Of a DNA stretch of 64,000 nucleotides, positions 38,476 through 48,258 are shown in pieces. Every line of letters begins with the position of its first letter. Positions within the stretch are counted from its first letter, which is position 1. Source of the DNA: Nitrospinota bacterium (GTDB taxonomy: Bacteria > UBA8248); contig JASLZZ010000077.1 in assembly GCA_030754595.1 (NCBI GenBank), forward strand, positions 44,577 to 108,576, written 5' to 3'. Position numbers and translations under genes: made by a program. Under the pieces are notes generated by a model. The model saw only the letters and a list, made by a program, of their open reading frames with translations, was not told where the DNA came from and searched no databases.

Positions 38476-39464
38476 GTCAGTCCCTTCGCGAGTACGTCGA
38501 ACGGTTTCCTTCGCTACGGGTAGCGGTGGTGGGCGACTATATCGCCGATGAATTTATCCACGGGGATACTTCCCGAATCAGCCGTGAGGCTCCGGTAATC
38601 GTTCTCGACTTCAACTCGCGGGAAATTCTCCCCGGTGGCGGGGGAAACGCCGCCATGAACGCGGCCTCTCTCGGCGGGAAGGTTGCGGCCATCGGCGCCC
38701 TCGGTGCTGACGTGAACGGCGAGGCGCTGAGGCACGCCGCCGAAGCGGGCGGGGTCGAAGCCGGGAATCTTATTCTCGAGAAGGGGAGGTTCACCCCGAC
38801 CAAGATGCGCATCATGGCCGGTGGGCGAAACACCAGCCGCCAGCAGGTGATTCGGATCGATCACGAACGCCAGCTGGAGGTGGTCGGAAAGCTTGAGGCC
38901 CGGATTCTCAGTGCGCTCGATGCGCTTCCGGGCGATGGTGTAAACGCATTGATCGTCTCCGACTACGGCCTGGGGGTAGTGACCGATGCTGTCCGGGAGG
39001 CCGCGGGCCGTCTGGCGCGGGAGATGATCGTCACTGTGGATAGCCGCCACCGTGCCGACACATATGAGGGAATAACGGCGATCACTCCGAACGAGGAAGA
39101 GGTCGAGAGGCTTCTCGGCTACGTTCCCGAGGGGGATCGTTTGGGCGATGCGGGAGCGGCCCTGCTGGAGCGGACCGGGGCTCGCGCGGTGCTCATCACC
39201 CGTGGGAGTAAAGGGATGAGCGTATTCGAAAGCGGCGGGACAAGGAAGGATATCCCCGTATTCGGGTCCGAGGAAGCCTCGGACGTAACGGGAGCGGGGG
39301 ACACGGTAATTTCCGCGTTCACGCTCTCGCTGGCCGCCGGTGCGCCGCCGCCGGACGCGGCCGAAATCGCCAATCGGGCGGCGGGACTTGTTGTTATGAA
39401 ACGGGGTACGGCGACGGTTTACCGCGATGAGCTTCTCGGGACTCTGGAGGGGGACCGGAGTTGA
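38472..39464 (+). CDS. hldA: D-beta-D-heptose 7-phosphate kinase (stand-alone HldE domain I)
   Basis: RISREAPV, GGGGNAA, QQVIRID, SDYGLG, TPNEEE, DVTGAGDT (PfkB anion hole). Confidence 0.88.
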   Translation: MSQSLREYVERFPSLRVAVVGDYIADEFIHGDTSRISREAPVIVLDFNSREILPGGGGNAAMNAASLGGKVAAIGALGADVNGEALRHAAEAGGVEAGNLILEKGRFTPTKMRIMAGGRNTSRQQVIRIDHERQLEVVGKLEARILSALDALPGDGVNALIVSDYGLGVVTDAVREAAGRLAREMIVTVDSRHRADTYEGITAITPNEEEVERLLGYVPEGDRLGDAGAALLERTGARAVLITRGSKGMSVFESGGTRKDIPVFGSEEASDVTGAGDTVISAFTLSLAAGAPPPDAAEIANRAAGLVVMKRGTATVYRDELLGTLEGDRS

Positions 39465-39964
39465 ACGATGGAATTGGCTCCTTCGGCGGAAAGCTTCTCA
39501 CGGCGGATGAACTCGTGGAGGCGGTGGAGCGCGACAAGAAAGCCGGAAAACGTGTGATATTCACGAACGGCTGCTTTGACTTGATCCACGCCGGCCACGT
39601 GCGCTATCTCCGCGAGGCGAGCGCTTTGGGCGATGTCCTGATTCTCGCCGTGAATTCAGATGAGTCGGCCCGGCGGCTCAAGGGAGAGGGAAGGCCCTAC
39701 ACCGCCCAGGACGAGCGTCTTGAGATCCTCTCCGCCCTTGAGATGGTGGACTACCTTGTTTTGTTCGATGAAGACAATGTTTCGAGTCTCCTCCTTGTGT
39801 TGAAGCCCCATGTCCATGCAAAAGGAACCGACTACACCGCCGAAACCGTTCCGGAGCGCGAGACGGTGAAAAGTTATGGCGGGGAAGTGGCCATCTGCGG
39901 TGATCCCAAAGACCATTCTTCAACGGAAATCGGATCGCGCACAGGCCCGCCCGAAGCAAGATGA
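39461..39964 (+). CDS. hldC: Heptose 1-phosphate adenylyltransferase (stand-alone HldE domain II)
   Basis: FTNGCFDLIHAGHVRYL, VNSDES..LKG..RP, KGTDY, HSST. Confidence 0.88.
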   Translation: MNDGIGSFGGKLLTADELVEAVERDKKAGKRVIFTNGCFDLIHAGHVRYLREASALGDVLILAVNSDESARRLKGEGRPYTAQDERLEILSALEMVDYLVLFDEDNVSSLLLVLKPHVHAKGTDYTAETVPERETVKSYGGEVAICGDPKDHSSTEIGSRTGPPEAR

Positions 39965-41022
39965 CCGATCGGTTCCTCCTCGTGCGTCTCGGCGCCGTTG
40001 GAGACGTCATTCATACCCTTCCGCTGGCCGGTGCGGTCCGGGACGCTTTTCCGTCGTCCAAGATCTTCTGGGCGGTAGCGCCGGGGCCGAGCGTACTTCT
40101 CGAGGAAAACCCCGATATTGATCAGGTGGTTGTTGTGGATTCGAAATCCTGGAGAGGGAGGGGTCTCCTGGGAATCCCTTCGGAACTCCGTCGGACTTTC
40201 GATCTTCTCAATAGTCCAGGGGCCGACGTCGCCATCGATGCGCAGGGTTTGATTAAAAGCGGGGTAATTTCCTGGGCTTCGGGCGCGAGGATGCGAATCG
40301 GTTTCGAGCAACGCGCTTGCCGGGAAGGGCTGAACGTCGTTTTTACGACTCATCGGGCGAGGGCTATCGAGGGCCCTCACCATGTCATCGAAAAAAATCT
40401 TTCCCTGCTCGGCCCCCTCGGTGTATCCCGGCCGCTGGACGGCGAGATTCGTTTTCCGCTACCCGAGCGGGCCGGTGAAGGGGAAGAGGCGGAATCCTGG
40501 CTTCGCCGGGAGGGTTTGCTGTCCGGCCACCCGCTTCTGATCATGCATCCTGGCGCGGGATGGGAGACGAAGCGATGGGAAGCCGGACGCTATGCCGCCC
40601 TCGGCGACGCATGGGCGAGGATTTCGGCCGGTCGCACCCTGCTGACCTGGGGGCCCGGAGAGGAAGAAGAGGCCCAGGTGGTGGCGGAGGCCATGCAAAC
40701 CCGCGCCGCCCTGGCCCCTCCGACCGGCATCCGTCAACTCATGGCACTGATTCGGCGGGCGGATGTCTTTGCCGGGGGCGATACGGGACCGCTCCATCTG
40801 GCGGCGGCCCTTGGGGTGAAGTGCCTGGCACTGTTTGGACCGACCGAACCCTGGCGCAATGGCCCTTGGGGAGCGGGGCATGCCGTTCTTCACCACCGCC
40901 TTGCCTGTAGTGGTTGCTATGGCAGGACCTGCCCGGACATTGAGTGCCTTGACCTTATTGGTGCGGATAAAGCAATACTGGCTATTCGGAATCTGTGGAA
41001 TACCCATGAAAAATCCCGCTAA
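39961..41022 (+). CDS. waaC: LPS heptosyltransferase I (GT9)
   Basis: RLGAVGDVIHTLP, DAQGLIKS, HPGAGWETKRW, GDTGPLHLAAA, FGPT. Confidence 0.85.
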   Translation: MTDRFLLVRLGAVGDVIHTLPLAGAVRDAFPSSKIFWAVAPGPSVLLEENPDIDQVVVVDSKSWRGRGLLGIPSELRRTFDLLNSPGADVAIDAQGLIKSGVISWASGARMRIGFEQRACREGLNVVFTTHRARAIEGPHHVIEKNLSLLGPLGVSRPLDGEIRFPLPERAGEGEEAESWLRREGLLSGHPLLIMHPGAGWETKRWEAGRYAALGDAWARISAGRTLLTWGPGEEEEAQVVAEAMQTRAALAPPTGIRQLMALIRRADVFAGGDTGPLHLAAALGVKCLALFGPTEPWRNGPWGAGHAVLHHRLACSGCYGRTCPDIECLDLIGADKAILAIRNLWNTHEKSR

Positions 41023-41049
41023 GTATGCGAAAATAAACGGAGTTTTTAA

Positions 41050-41997
41050 ATGGATCGATTTTTAGTGACCGGCGCCGCCGGGTTTATCGGTTCACATCTG
41101 TGCGAGCGCTTGCTCGGTGATGGAGCCCGGGTCGTCGGCGTGGATCGGTTTTCAACCTTTTACGAGAGAGAGGACAAGGAGGCGAATCTTCAGGCGCTTC
41201 GGGATACGGACGGGTTTGATTTCATCGAGATGGATTTGAGCAAGGATTCGCTCGAGGAAATCGTGTCCAAGGTGGACGGCGTTTTTCATCTGGCGGCCCA
41301 GGCCGGTGTCCGCGATAGCTGGGGGAAGGCTTTTTCGGTTTACCTCGATGACAACAGCCTTGCGACCCAGCGGCTTTTAGAAGCTTGCCGGGACCGGAAG
41401 CACAAGGCTTTTGTTTATGCTTCCTCCTCGTCAATCTACGGAGACGCGCTTGAGGGGCCGACTAAAGAGGAGGCCGTTCCAAGACCGGTATCGCCCTACG
41501 GTGTATCCAAACTGGCCGGAGAGCACCTTTGCTATCTGTATTACAGGAATTTCGGAGTCCGTACGGTGTCCCTCCGCTACTTCACCGTATATGGCCCTCG
41601 CCAGCGGCCGGATATGGCGTTTCGCCGGTTTCTCACGGCGGGAATCGAGGGGAAGCCGATCTCGGTATACGGTGACGGGGAGCAGAGCCGGGATTTCACC
41701 TTCGTGGGCGATGCCGCCGAAGGGAATTATCAGGCCATGATGAAGGGGAAGGCCGGGTCAGTTTACAATATCGGAGGGGGGCACCGGGCTACGTTGAATG
41801 AAGTTATTTCCCTGATGGGCGAGATTCAGGGCGCCCCGCTCGAAGAGATTCGAGAGCATGTCCAGAAAGGGGACGTTCGCCACACTTGGGCGGATACCTC
41901 TCTGGCGAGAGCGGAAATTGGATTTCAGCCGAAAACGAAATTGAGCGAAGGTCTCAAGGCCGAGCATGAATGGCTCTTAGGGAGAATAAAGAGATGA
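41050..41997 (+). CDS. NAD-dependent nucleotide-sugar epimerase (UDP-glucuronate 4-epimerase-like)
   Basis: TGAAGFIG, HLAAQAGVR, SSSSIYG, YGVSK, RYFTVYGPRQRPDMA, RDFT. Confidence 0.88.
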   Translation: MDRFLVTGAAGFIGSHLCERLLGDGARVVGVDRFSTFYEREDKEANLQALRDTDGFDFIEMDLSKDSLEEIVSKVDGVFHLAAQAGVRDSWGKAFSVYLDDNSLATQRLLEACRDRKHKAFVYASSSSIYGDALEGPTKEEAVPRPVSPYGVSKLAGEHLCYLYYRNFGVRTVSLRYFTVYGPRQRPDMAFRRFLTAGIEGKPISVYGDGEQSRDFTFVGDAAEGNYQAMMKGKAGSVYNIGGGHRATLNEVISLMGEIQGAPLEEIREHVQKGDVRHTWADTSLARAEIGFQPKTKLSEGLKAEHEWLLGRIKR

Positions 41998-42191
41998 CCA
42001 TCGATAAGGAGTTGCTTGAAATTCTTGCGTGTCCCGTGAGCAAGAAGCCTCTGGAGCTTAGTGAAGACGGGAATTTCCTCATCTGCAAGGATTCGAAGCT
42101 TGTCTATCGGATTCAGGACGATATTCCCATCATGTTGGTGGATGAGGCCATACCGCTAGATGAGTGGGAAAAGAGCCAGGAGAAAGGCTAG
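41994..42191 (+). CDS. Trm112/YcaR (UPF0434) family small protein
   Basis: LLEILACPVSK..LIC..YRIQDDIPIMLVDEA. Confidence 0.88.
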   Translation: MTIDKELLEILACPVSKKPLELSEDGNFLICKDSKLVYRIQDDIPIMLVDEAIPLDEWEKSQEKG

Positions 42192-43013
42192 GTGACCCCG
42201 GAGGTGGCCGAGTGCCGAGGCGACCCGGCGGTGGGCCCGGAGGCTGGAGCGAAGCGCCAGCCTGTAAGCGTAGCCATCGTCGCGAAGAACGAGGCCGCCC
42301 GAATCGGGGCTTGCCTCGACAGCGTGGCTTGGGCGGATGAAGTCATCGTCATCGACGGCGAAAGTGAGGACGGAACGCAGGCCATCTGCCGCGGACGCGG
42401 CGCAACGGTCCTCGAGGCTCCCTGGATGGGCTACTCGGCCCAGAAAAACACGGCGCTCGAAAAGACGAGCCATCCCTGGATACTGAGTCTCGATGCGGAT
42501 GAGGTTGTCACCGGGGCTCTTCGGGAGGAGATTTTAAAGGTCCTCAACGGCAATGGGCCGGCCGATGGCTACCGCCTCCCCCGTAAAAACATATTTTTCG
42601 GAAAATGGCTTCGCCACGGGGACCACTGGCCGGACCACCAGGTCCGTCTTTTTCGAAGGGAACTGGGCCGTTTCAATGAAAAGCAGGTTCACGAATCGGT
42701 GGACGTAAATGGAGAAGTGGCCTCTCTCGCCGAGCCCCTCGAACATCACAGCTATAGCGATATCGGCGAATTTTTTGACCGGCAGATGCGCTATGCCGTG
42801 CTGGCGGCCGAGGAACTCCACTCGAAGGGACGCAAACCCGGCGCCGCCGATTTTGTCGTTCGCCCGATTTGGCGATTTATGAAGGGATATTTTCTCAAGG
42901 GCGGCTGGCGGGATGGACGCGAAGGATTCATCGTCTCGGCCGGTTATGCCTACTATGTTTTTATGCGGTCCGCCTTCCTCTGGGAGAGGCGCCGAGGGCG
43001 TGAAACCACTTAA
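42192..43013 (+). CDS. GT2 glycosyltransferase (WaaE/KdtX-like core glucosyltransferase)
   Basis: AKNEAARI..CLDSV, DGESEDGT, WILSLDADE, WPD..RLF, VHE, DGREG. Confidence 0.88.
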   Translation: MTPEVAECRGDPAVGPEAGAKRQPVSVAIVAKNEAARIGACLDSVAWADEVIVIDGESEDGTQAICRGRGATVLEAPWMGYSAQKNTALEKTSHPWILSLDADEVVTGALREEILKVLNGNGPADGYRLPRKNIFFGKWLRHGDHWPDHQVRLFRRELGRFNEKQVHESVDVNGEVASLAEPLEHHSYSDIGEFFDRQMRYAVLAAEELHSKGRKPGAADFVVRPIWRFMKGYFLKGGWRDGREGFIVSAGYAYYVFMRSAFLWERRRGRETT

Positions 43014-44109
43014 CATTCTCCATACGGAGGCCTCTCCCGGCTTGGGGGGGCAGGAAAAACGCATCCTCCTCGAGGCGGCCTTCCTCCGAAAAAGAGGGCA
43101 CCGTGTCCTCGTTGTGGGTCAACCCGAGAGTCTGATTGGACGGGAAGCGGGGCAAAGCGGCGTACCCTATCGAAGTGTGCGAATGAGAACCAGTTGGGAT
43201 CCGGTGGCTTTCGCGCGGCTCCTATCCCTGATTCGGGAAATCCGCCCCGACGTCATACACACGCATTCCAGCAAGGACAGCTGGCTGGCCGGGCTGGTGG
43301 GCCGGTTGCTGGGTGTCCCGGTCGTCAGGACACGTCATGTATCGATCCCTGTCAGTGGTCATCCTTTCAATTGGGCTTATCGCCTTCCGAGCCGGATAAT
43401 GACGACGGCGGATCTCACTCGCCGGATGCTGGCCGAAGCCGGTTTATGCGAGTTTTCGAAGGTTTCCGTACTTCCCACGGGCGTGGATATTTCCCGGTTT
43501 AACGGGGAAGTCTCCGGCGCTTCTTTTCGAGCGGAATTCGGCGTGCCCGACGGAATCCCGGTGGTGGGGCTTGTCGCCAACCTTAGAAAGAGTAAAGGGG
43601 TGGAGCATTTTCTGGCCGCGGCCCGGCTTGTCAAAGAAGAAGGAAACGCCACCCGATTTTTTGTCGTCGGAGAGGGGCACTGGGGGGAAATCTTCCAGGA
43701 GCAGGCGAAGCAGCTCGGACTGGCGGACGGCACAGTCACCTTTACCGGCTACCGTGAAGATATCCCCGAGGTCATGGCCGCTCTCGATCTTTTGGTGATC
43801 GCCTCGACGCGGACGGAGGGAATACCCCAGGTGGCTCTTCAGGCGATGGCCATGGGAGTGGCCATTGTCGGTACCGATATCGGCGGTATCCCGGAGGCGA
43901 TACTCCCGGCGGGAGCGGGGATAGTTGTTCCTCCGGGAGATCCGGACGCTATGGCCGGCGCTGTGAGGGAATTAATCCGGGAGCCTGGCCGGTTCGAACA
44001 AATGGGCGCTTCGGGAAGATCGTTCGTTGGGGAACACCACACAATTGAAAAAATGCTGGACGAGACGGAGCAAATATATAAAGAGGTGGTATCGGAGTGC
44101 GCCAACTGA
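43000..44109 (+). CDS. GT4 glycosyltransferase
   Basis: HTEASPGLGGQE, HTHSSKDSW, VRTRH, EGIPQVALQAMA, GGIPE. Confidence 0.9.
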   Translation: MKPLNILHTEASPGLGGQEKRILLEAAFLRKRGHRVLVVGQPESLIGREAGQSGVPYRSVRMRTSWDPVAFARLLSLIREIRPDVIHTHSSKDSWLAGLVGRLLGVPVVRTRHVSIPVSGHPFNWAYRLPSRIMTTADLTRRMLAEAGLCEFSKVSVLPTGVDISRFNGEVSGASFRAEFGVPDGIPVVGLVANLRKSKGVEHFLAAARLVKEEGNATRFFVVGEGHWGEIFQEQAKQLGLADGTVTFTGYREDIPEVMAALDLLVIASTRTEGIPQVALQAMAMGVAIVGTDIGGIPEAILPAGAGIVVPPGDPDAMAGAVRELIREPGRFEQMGASGRSFVGEHHTIEKMLDETEQIYKEVVSECAN

Positions 44110-45257
44110 AAATCATCCAGGTTATCAGCAGTCCGTGGTGGACGGGTCCGGCCGAGCCCGTTCTTTTCCTGACCGATGCCCTGGGAAAGCGGGGACACAA
44201 CATGCATTTTGTTTGCGTGGGCGGTGATGCGCTTGAAGCGCAGGCCGAGGCGGCCGGCTACCCACGGATCGAGGATGTGGACCCCACACGGAGCCTGAGC
44301 CCCGCGCGGATTTGGGGCTCCGTCGGGGCCTTGGCCCGTCTCATCGATAAGGTCGGCGCCGATATCGTTCACTGTCATCTTTCGGCCGACCACTGGCTGA
44401 GTTACTTCGCCATTCAAAGAGCAAAAGGCCGGCCCCGCCTTGTACGAACGGTTCACAACCCTCGGGCGGCGAAAGCGAACATCTTCAACAAATACCTTTT
44501 TAACCGTTCGACGGACGGCGTTATCGGCGTGAACAGCCATATCGCCGGAATCCTGAAAAACCAGTTGCAGGTTCCAGCCGGCCGGCTCCACATGGTCCGG
44601 GGCGGGGTGGATATTGAGCGCTTCCGACCGGCCTCGATTGAATCCCGCGTTAATGGGCGGGATTTCCTGAAGCTTCCCACCAAGGCGACCCTCATAGGGA
44701 TTGTCTCCCGCCTGGCCTCGGACCGGGGATACATAACCCTTATCGAAGCGTTCCGCCTTCTCGCCGTGGAGGTGCCCGGGGTTCACCTTGTGATCGTCGG
44801 AAAGGGAGAATATCTCCCGGCTATTCAGGAGCGTGTTGGCTCATTGGGCCTGAACGAGCGGGTGCATTTCCCCGGTTATATCGAGGAGGAACTCCCCGAG
44901 GTGCTCGCGGGGCTCGACATCTTCACCCTGCTCGCCCCGGGGTCGGAAGGGACCTGCCGGGCCCTGCTCGAGGCGATGGCGATGGGAATTCCCTGCGTTG
45001 TGACCTCGCATAATGGTCTCGACGAGGTGGTCCGCGATGTCGTGACATCCTATGTCGTGCCGCCGAATAATCCCGGCGCTCTGTCGGCCGCGTTCAAGAG
45101 CCTTGTCACCGACAAGGGCAAGCGCATTCAGTTCGGCCGTGCCGGGCGGCAACGGGTGGAGCGGCACTTCTATAACGGATATCGGGGCGAGATGGTCGAA
45201 AATGTTTATGCCCAGGTTCTGGGGATATCACAGTCGCCCAAGGAGATGCGGCGGTGA
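44097..45257 (+). CDS. GT4 glycosyltransferase
   Basis: DIVHCH, GVDIERF, EGTCRALLEAMAMG (E-x7-E motif). Confidence 0.88.
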   Translation: MRQLKIIQVISSPWWTGPAEPVLFLTDALGKRGHNMHFVCVGGDALEAQAEAAGYPRIEDVDPTRSLSPARIWGSVGALARLIDKVGADIVHCHLSADHWLSYFAIQRAKGRPRLVRTVHNPRAAKANIFNKYLFNRSTDGVIGVNSHIAGILKNQLQVPAGRLHMVRGGVDIERFRPASIESRVNGRDFLKLPTKATLIGIVSRLASDRGYITLIEAFRLLAVEVPGVHLVIVGKGEYLPAIQERVGSLGLNERVHFPGYIEEELPEVLAGLDIFTLLAPGSEGTCRALLEAMAMGIPCVVTSHNGLDEVVRDVVTSYVVPPNNPGALSAAFKSLVTDKGKRIQFGRAGRQRVERHFYNGYRGEMVENVYAQVLGISQSPKEMRR

Positions 45258-47059
45258 GCCAGCTTCAGACCTACCGCCGTATTCTCGAATACCTGAAGCC
45301 CTACCGCGCGCGGTTTGCGGCTGCTGTCGCGTGCACTCTTTTCGTCGGTGCGTTCAACGCCGTTCCCGCGCTCCTGGTCCGCTATGCGGTGGACGATGTT
45401 CTCATCGCCAGGGACATTTCGGTGGCCTATCTCCTTTCGGTGGGTTTGGCCGGAATCTACGCCTTAAAGGGCGTTCTCGCCTATTGCCAGAACTACTTCA
45501 TGTACTGGGTGGGTCAGCGGGTGGTGATGGATATCCGGAACGGGCTCCACCGGCATCTTCTCGGTCTTCCCATGAGTTTCTTCGATGACAAATCGACCGG
45601 GGAGTTGATGGCCAAGGTCACATACGACATCACGTTGATGCAAAAGGCGGCCTCGAGCGCGGTTCGCGATTTGGGCCGTCATCTTTTCACCTTCCTGGGG
45701 CTTTTGGCCGTGGCCATTTATCAGAATCCTAAGATGGCCCTTATCTTCATCGTCATTGTTCCGCCCGTGGGCGCCCTCATCGCCGTGTTCGGCGAAAAAA
45801 TTCGCCGTGTCACCCGCTCCACACAAAGGAAGATGGGCGATATCAGCGCCCAGATGAAGGAAACTTACGTGGGAATCCGGGTGGTCAAGGCGTTCGGAGC
45901 CGAGGCGATCGAGGAGGCCCGGTTCAGCCGAGCCAATCTTTCGTTTTTCCGGCGCGTCATGAAAGCCATGCGGATCCGTGCGATGACGCCGCCTATCGTC
46001 GAGACCATTGGGGGCGTTTTGGGGGGGCTGGTCCTCTGGCTTGGCGCGGGGATGGTCATTCGGGGGGAGATGACGCCAGGGCAGCTTTCGAGCTTTCTCG
46101 TGGCGGTCGGGATGATATACAGCCCGATTAAATCTCTCTCGCGGGTGTACCACACCCTGGTGGAAGGGGTCGCCGGGGGGCAATCGGTCTTCGAGTTAAT
46201 GGACAGCCATGCGGCCGAGGACCTCAACTCCGGCGGACGGGAGATGAAATCCCTTTCGTGGGGGATCCGCTTCTCGGACGTGGGTTTCGACTACGGCGAC
46301 GGAGCCGTTCTGAAAAAATTGAATTTCGAGGTGCCCGCCGGCGGGGTGTTCGCCCTGGTGGGTCTGAGCGGCGCGGGGAAAACCACCCTTCTCGACCTGA
46401 TACCCCGCTTTTATGCGCCAACGAATGGAAATATTGCTTTCGATGGCGTGGACGGCGCCGAGTTCGACCTCAAAAGCCTGCGCTCCGGAATCGGGGTGGT
46501 GGGCCAACAGGTGATTCTCTTTGACGATACGGTGGTCGGAAATATCGCCTATGGAGCCGGTGAAACCGCACCCCGCGAGAGTATCGAGAACGCCGCCCGG
46601 GCCGCGAACGCTCATACTTTTATCGAGGCGTTGCCCGATGGCTACGATACGATGCTCGGGGAGGACGGTGTGCGCCTCTCGGGCGGTGAGCGGCAACGAA
46701 TCGCCATCGCCCGCGCGATTCTTCAGGACCCGCCGATTTTGCTGCTGGATGAGGCTACGAGCGCACTCGACGCCGAGAGCGAAAAAATCATTCAGGAGGC
46801 GCTGGATCGTCTGATGAAGGGGCGAACCACAATCGTTGTCGCCCATCGTCTCGCCACCGTCCGAGGGGCCGGTGAAATCGCCGTTCTCGAAGAAGGACGC
46901 ATGGTGGAGCGGGGGAGCCACGAGGAATTGATGGCGGCCGGGGGAACCTACCGCAGGCTCTGCGAGATGCAGTTTGCCGCCGACAAGGACGAGCCGCCAT
47001 CCCCGAAGGAGGCGGGAGCTGAGTCCGTTTCCCTCAAAGAGCCGGAACCGACTTCATGA
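45254..47059 (+). CDS. msbA: Lipid A-core flippase, MsbA-type ABC transporter
   Basis: TM domain plus NBD: GLSGAGKTT, LSGGERQRIAIAR, LDEATSALD, AHRL. LPS cluster context. Confidence 0.88.
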   Translation: MSQLQTYRRILEYLKPYRARFAAAVACTLFVGAFNAVPALLVRYAVDDVLIARDISVAYLLSVGLAGIYALKGVLAYCQNYFMYWVGQRVVMDIRNGLHRHLLGLPMSFFDDKSTGELMAKVTYDITLMQKAASSAVRDLGRHLFTFLGLLAVAIYQNPKMALIFIVIVPPVGALIAVFGEKIRRVTRSTQRKMGDISAQMKETYVGIRVVKAFGAEAIEEARFSRANLSFFRRVMKAMRIRAMTPPIVETIGGVLGGLVLWLGAGMVIRGEMTPGQLSSFLVAVGMIYSPIKSLSRVYHTLVEGVAGGQSVFELMDSHAAEDLNSGGREMKSLSWGIRFSDVGFDYGDGAVLKKLNFEVPAGGVFALVGLSGAGKTTLLDLIPRFYAPTNGNIAFDGVDGAEFDLKSLRSGIGVVGQQVILFDDTVVGNIAYGAGETAPRESIENAARAANAHTFIEALPDGYDTMLGEDGVRLSGGERQRIAIARAILQDPPILLLDEATSALDAESEKIIQEALDRLMKGRTTIVVAHRLATVRGAGEIAVLEEGRMVERGSHEELMAAGGTYRRLCEMQFAADKDEPPSPKEAGAESVSLKEPEPTS

Positions 47060-48258
47060 ATCGTGAATCGATTGATATCGCATGGCAAGAAGAACTGGCC
47101 GCGCCGGATCGCCCGCTCTCCGTTTTGCAGATTCTCACCTGCCGAGGTTGGAGTTCGGACGCTTGGGCGGCGGTGGGCTTGAGTATCGGGCTTCAGGAAG
47201 CAGGCCACCAGGTTCTGCTGCTCTGCCGGGAAGTGGAGGGCGGCCGCGCCGTCGCCGAGCGGGCACGGAGCGAGGGTGTCGATGAGATCGGATTTATCGA
47301 GGCCAGCAACAATTTCCGCCCGGCGAGCTACTTTAGGGACATTGGATTTCTGAGAGCTCTCGCCCGTGAACGCTCCTTGGACGCGGTGCATGTTCACCGG
47401 GGGATCGAGCACTGGATTGCGGCTGTCGCATGGCCGATGGGGGGGCCAGTCCTGGTGAGAAGCCGCCATATATTCGCTCCCGTCCGCCGCCACGTTTTTA
47501 ATCGCTGGCTATACCGGCGCGGGACGGATCGCACGGTGGCGGTTTGCGACAAAATCAAGTCGGCCTACCTTGAAGATGTCGGTTTTCCTCCGGAGCGGTT
47601 CGCTACGGTAATGGGCGGAGTGGACGCCGCCGCCTATACGCCGGAAGAGAATGGGGCCGTTTTTCGAAAGGAGTGGGGAATTCCTCCGGATGCATGGGTG
47701 GTCGGGGTGGCGGGAAGCCTTCGGATGTGGATGAAAGGCCAGGACGTTCTCTTGAGGGCGGTGGCGCGGATGTCCGCCGAGGGTGGTGACGCCCCCTGGG
47801 TCCTCCTTCTCGGAAAGGGAGAGGACATGGATAATCTCAAATCCCTTGCTTGGGAATTGGGGGTCGCGGATCGTACGGTGGTTACAGGTTATCTCGAGGG
47901 CCTCTCGGAAGCCTTTTCGGCCTGTGATGTCCTTGTGTTTCCTTCGATGCGCTCCGAGGGAACGAGCCGGGTTCTTTTCGACTGTCTAGCCGCCGGACGC
48001 GCGGTCGTGGCGAGTCGGGTGGGGTGCACGGACGAGATCGTCCGGGAGGGCCGGGAGGGTATCCTCGTTCCGCCGGGCGACGACGAGGCGCTGGCGGCAT
48101 CGCTGTCGGCGTTGCGCGCCGACCCGGCAAAAGCGCGGCGGATGGGCGAAATGGCCCGGCGGCGGGCCGAGGAAGAGTTCGATCGCCGGGTGGTGGCGGC
48201 CAACATGGCGGCGATCTACCGCCAAGCGCTACGGGACCGGGGGGTGATGGCAGCGTGA
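47056..48258 (+). CDS. GT4 glycosyltransferase
   Basis: VHVHRG, VRSRH, KGQDVLL, PSMRSEG, VASRVG. Resembles the GT4 at 44097. Confidence 0.88.
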   Translation: MNRESIDIAWQEELAAPDRPLSVLQILTCRGWSSDAWAAVGLSIGLQEAGHQVLLLCREVEGGRAVAERARSEGVDEIGFIEASNNFRPASYFRDIGFLRALARERSLDAVHVHRGIEHWIAAVAWPMGGPVLVRSRHIFAPVRRHVFNRWLYRRGTDRTVAVCDKIKSAYLEDVGFPPERFATVMGGVDAAAYTPEENGAVFRKEWGIPPDAWVVGVAGSLRMWMKGQDVLLRAVARMSAEGGDAPWVLLLGKGEDMDNLKSLAWELGVADRTVVTGYLEGLSEAFSACDVLVFPSMRSEGTSRVLFDCLAAGRAVVASRVGCTDEIVREGREGILVPPGDDEALAASLSALRADPAKARRMGEMARRRAEEEFDRRVVAANMAAIYRQALRDRGVMAA

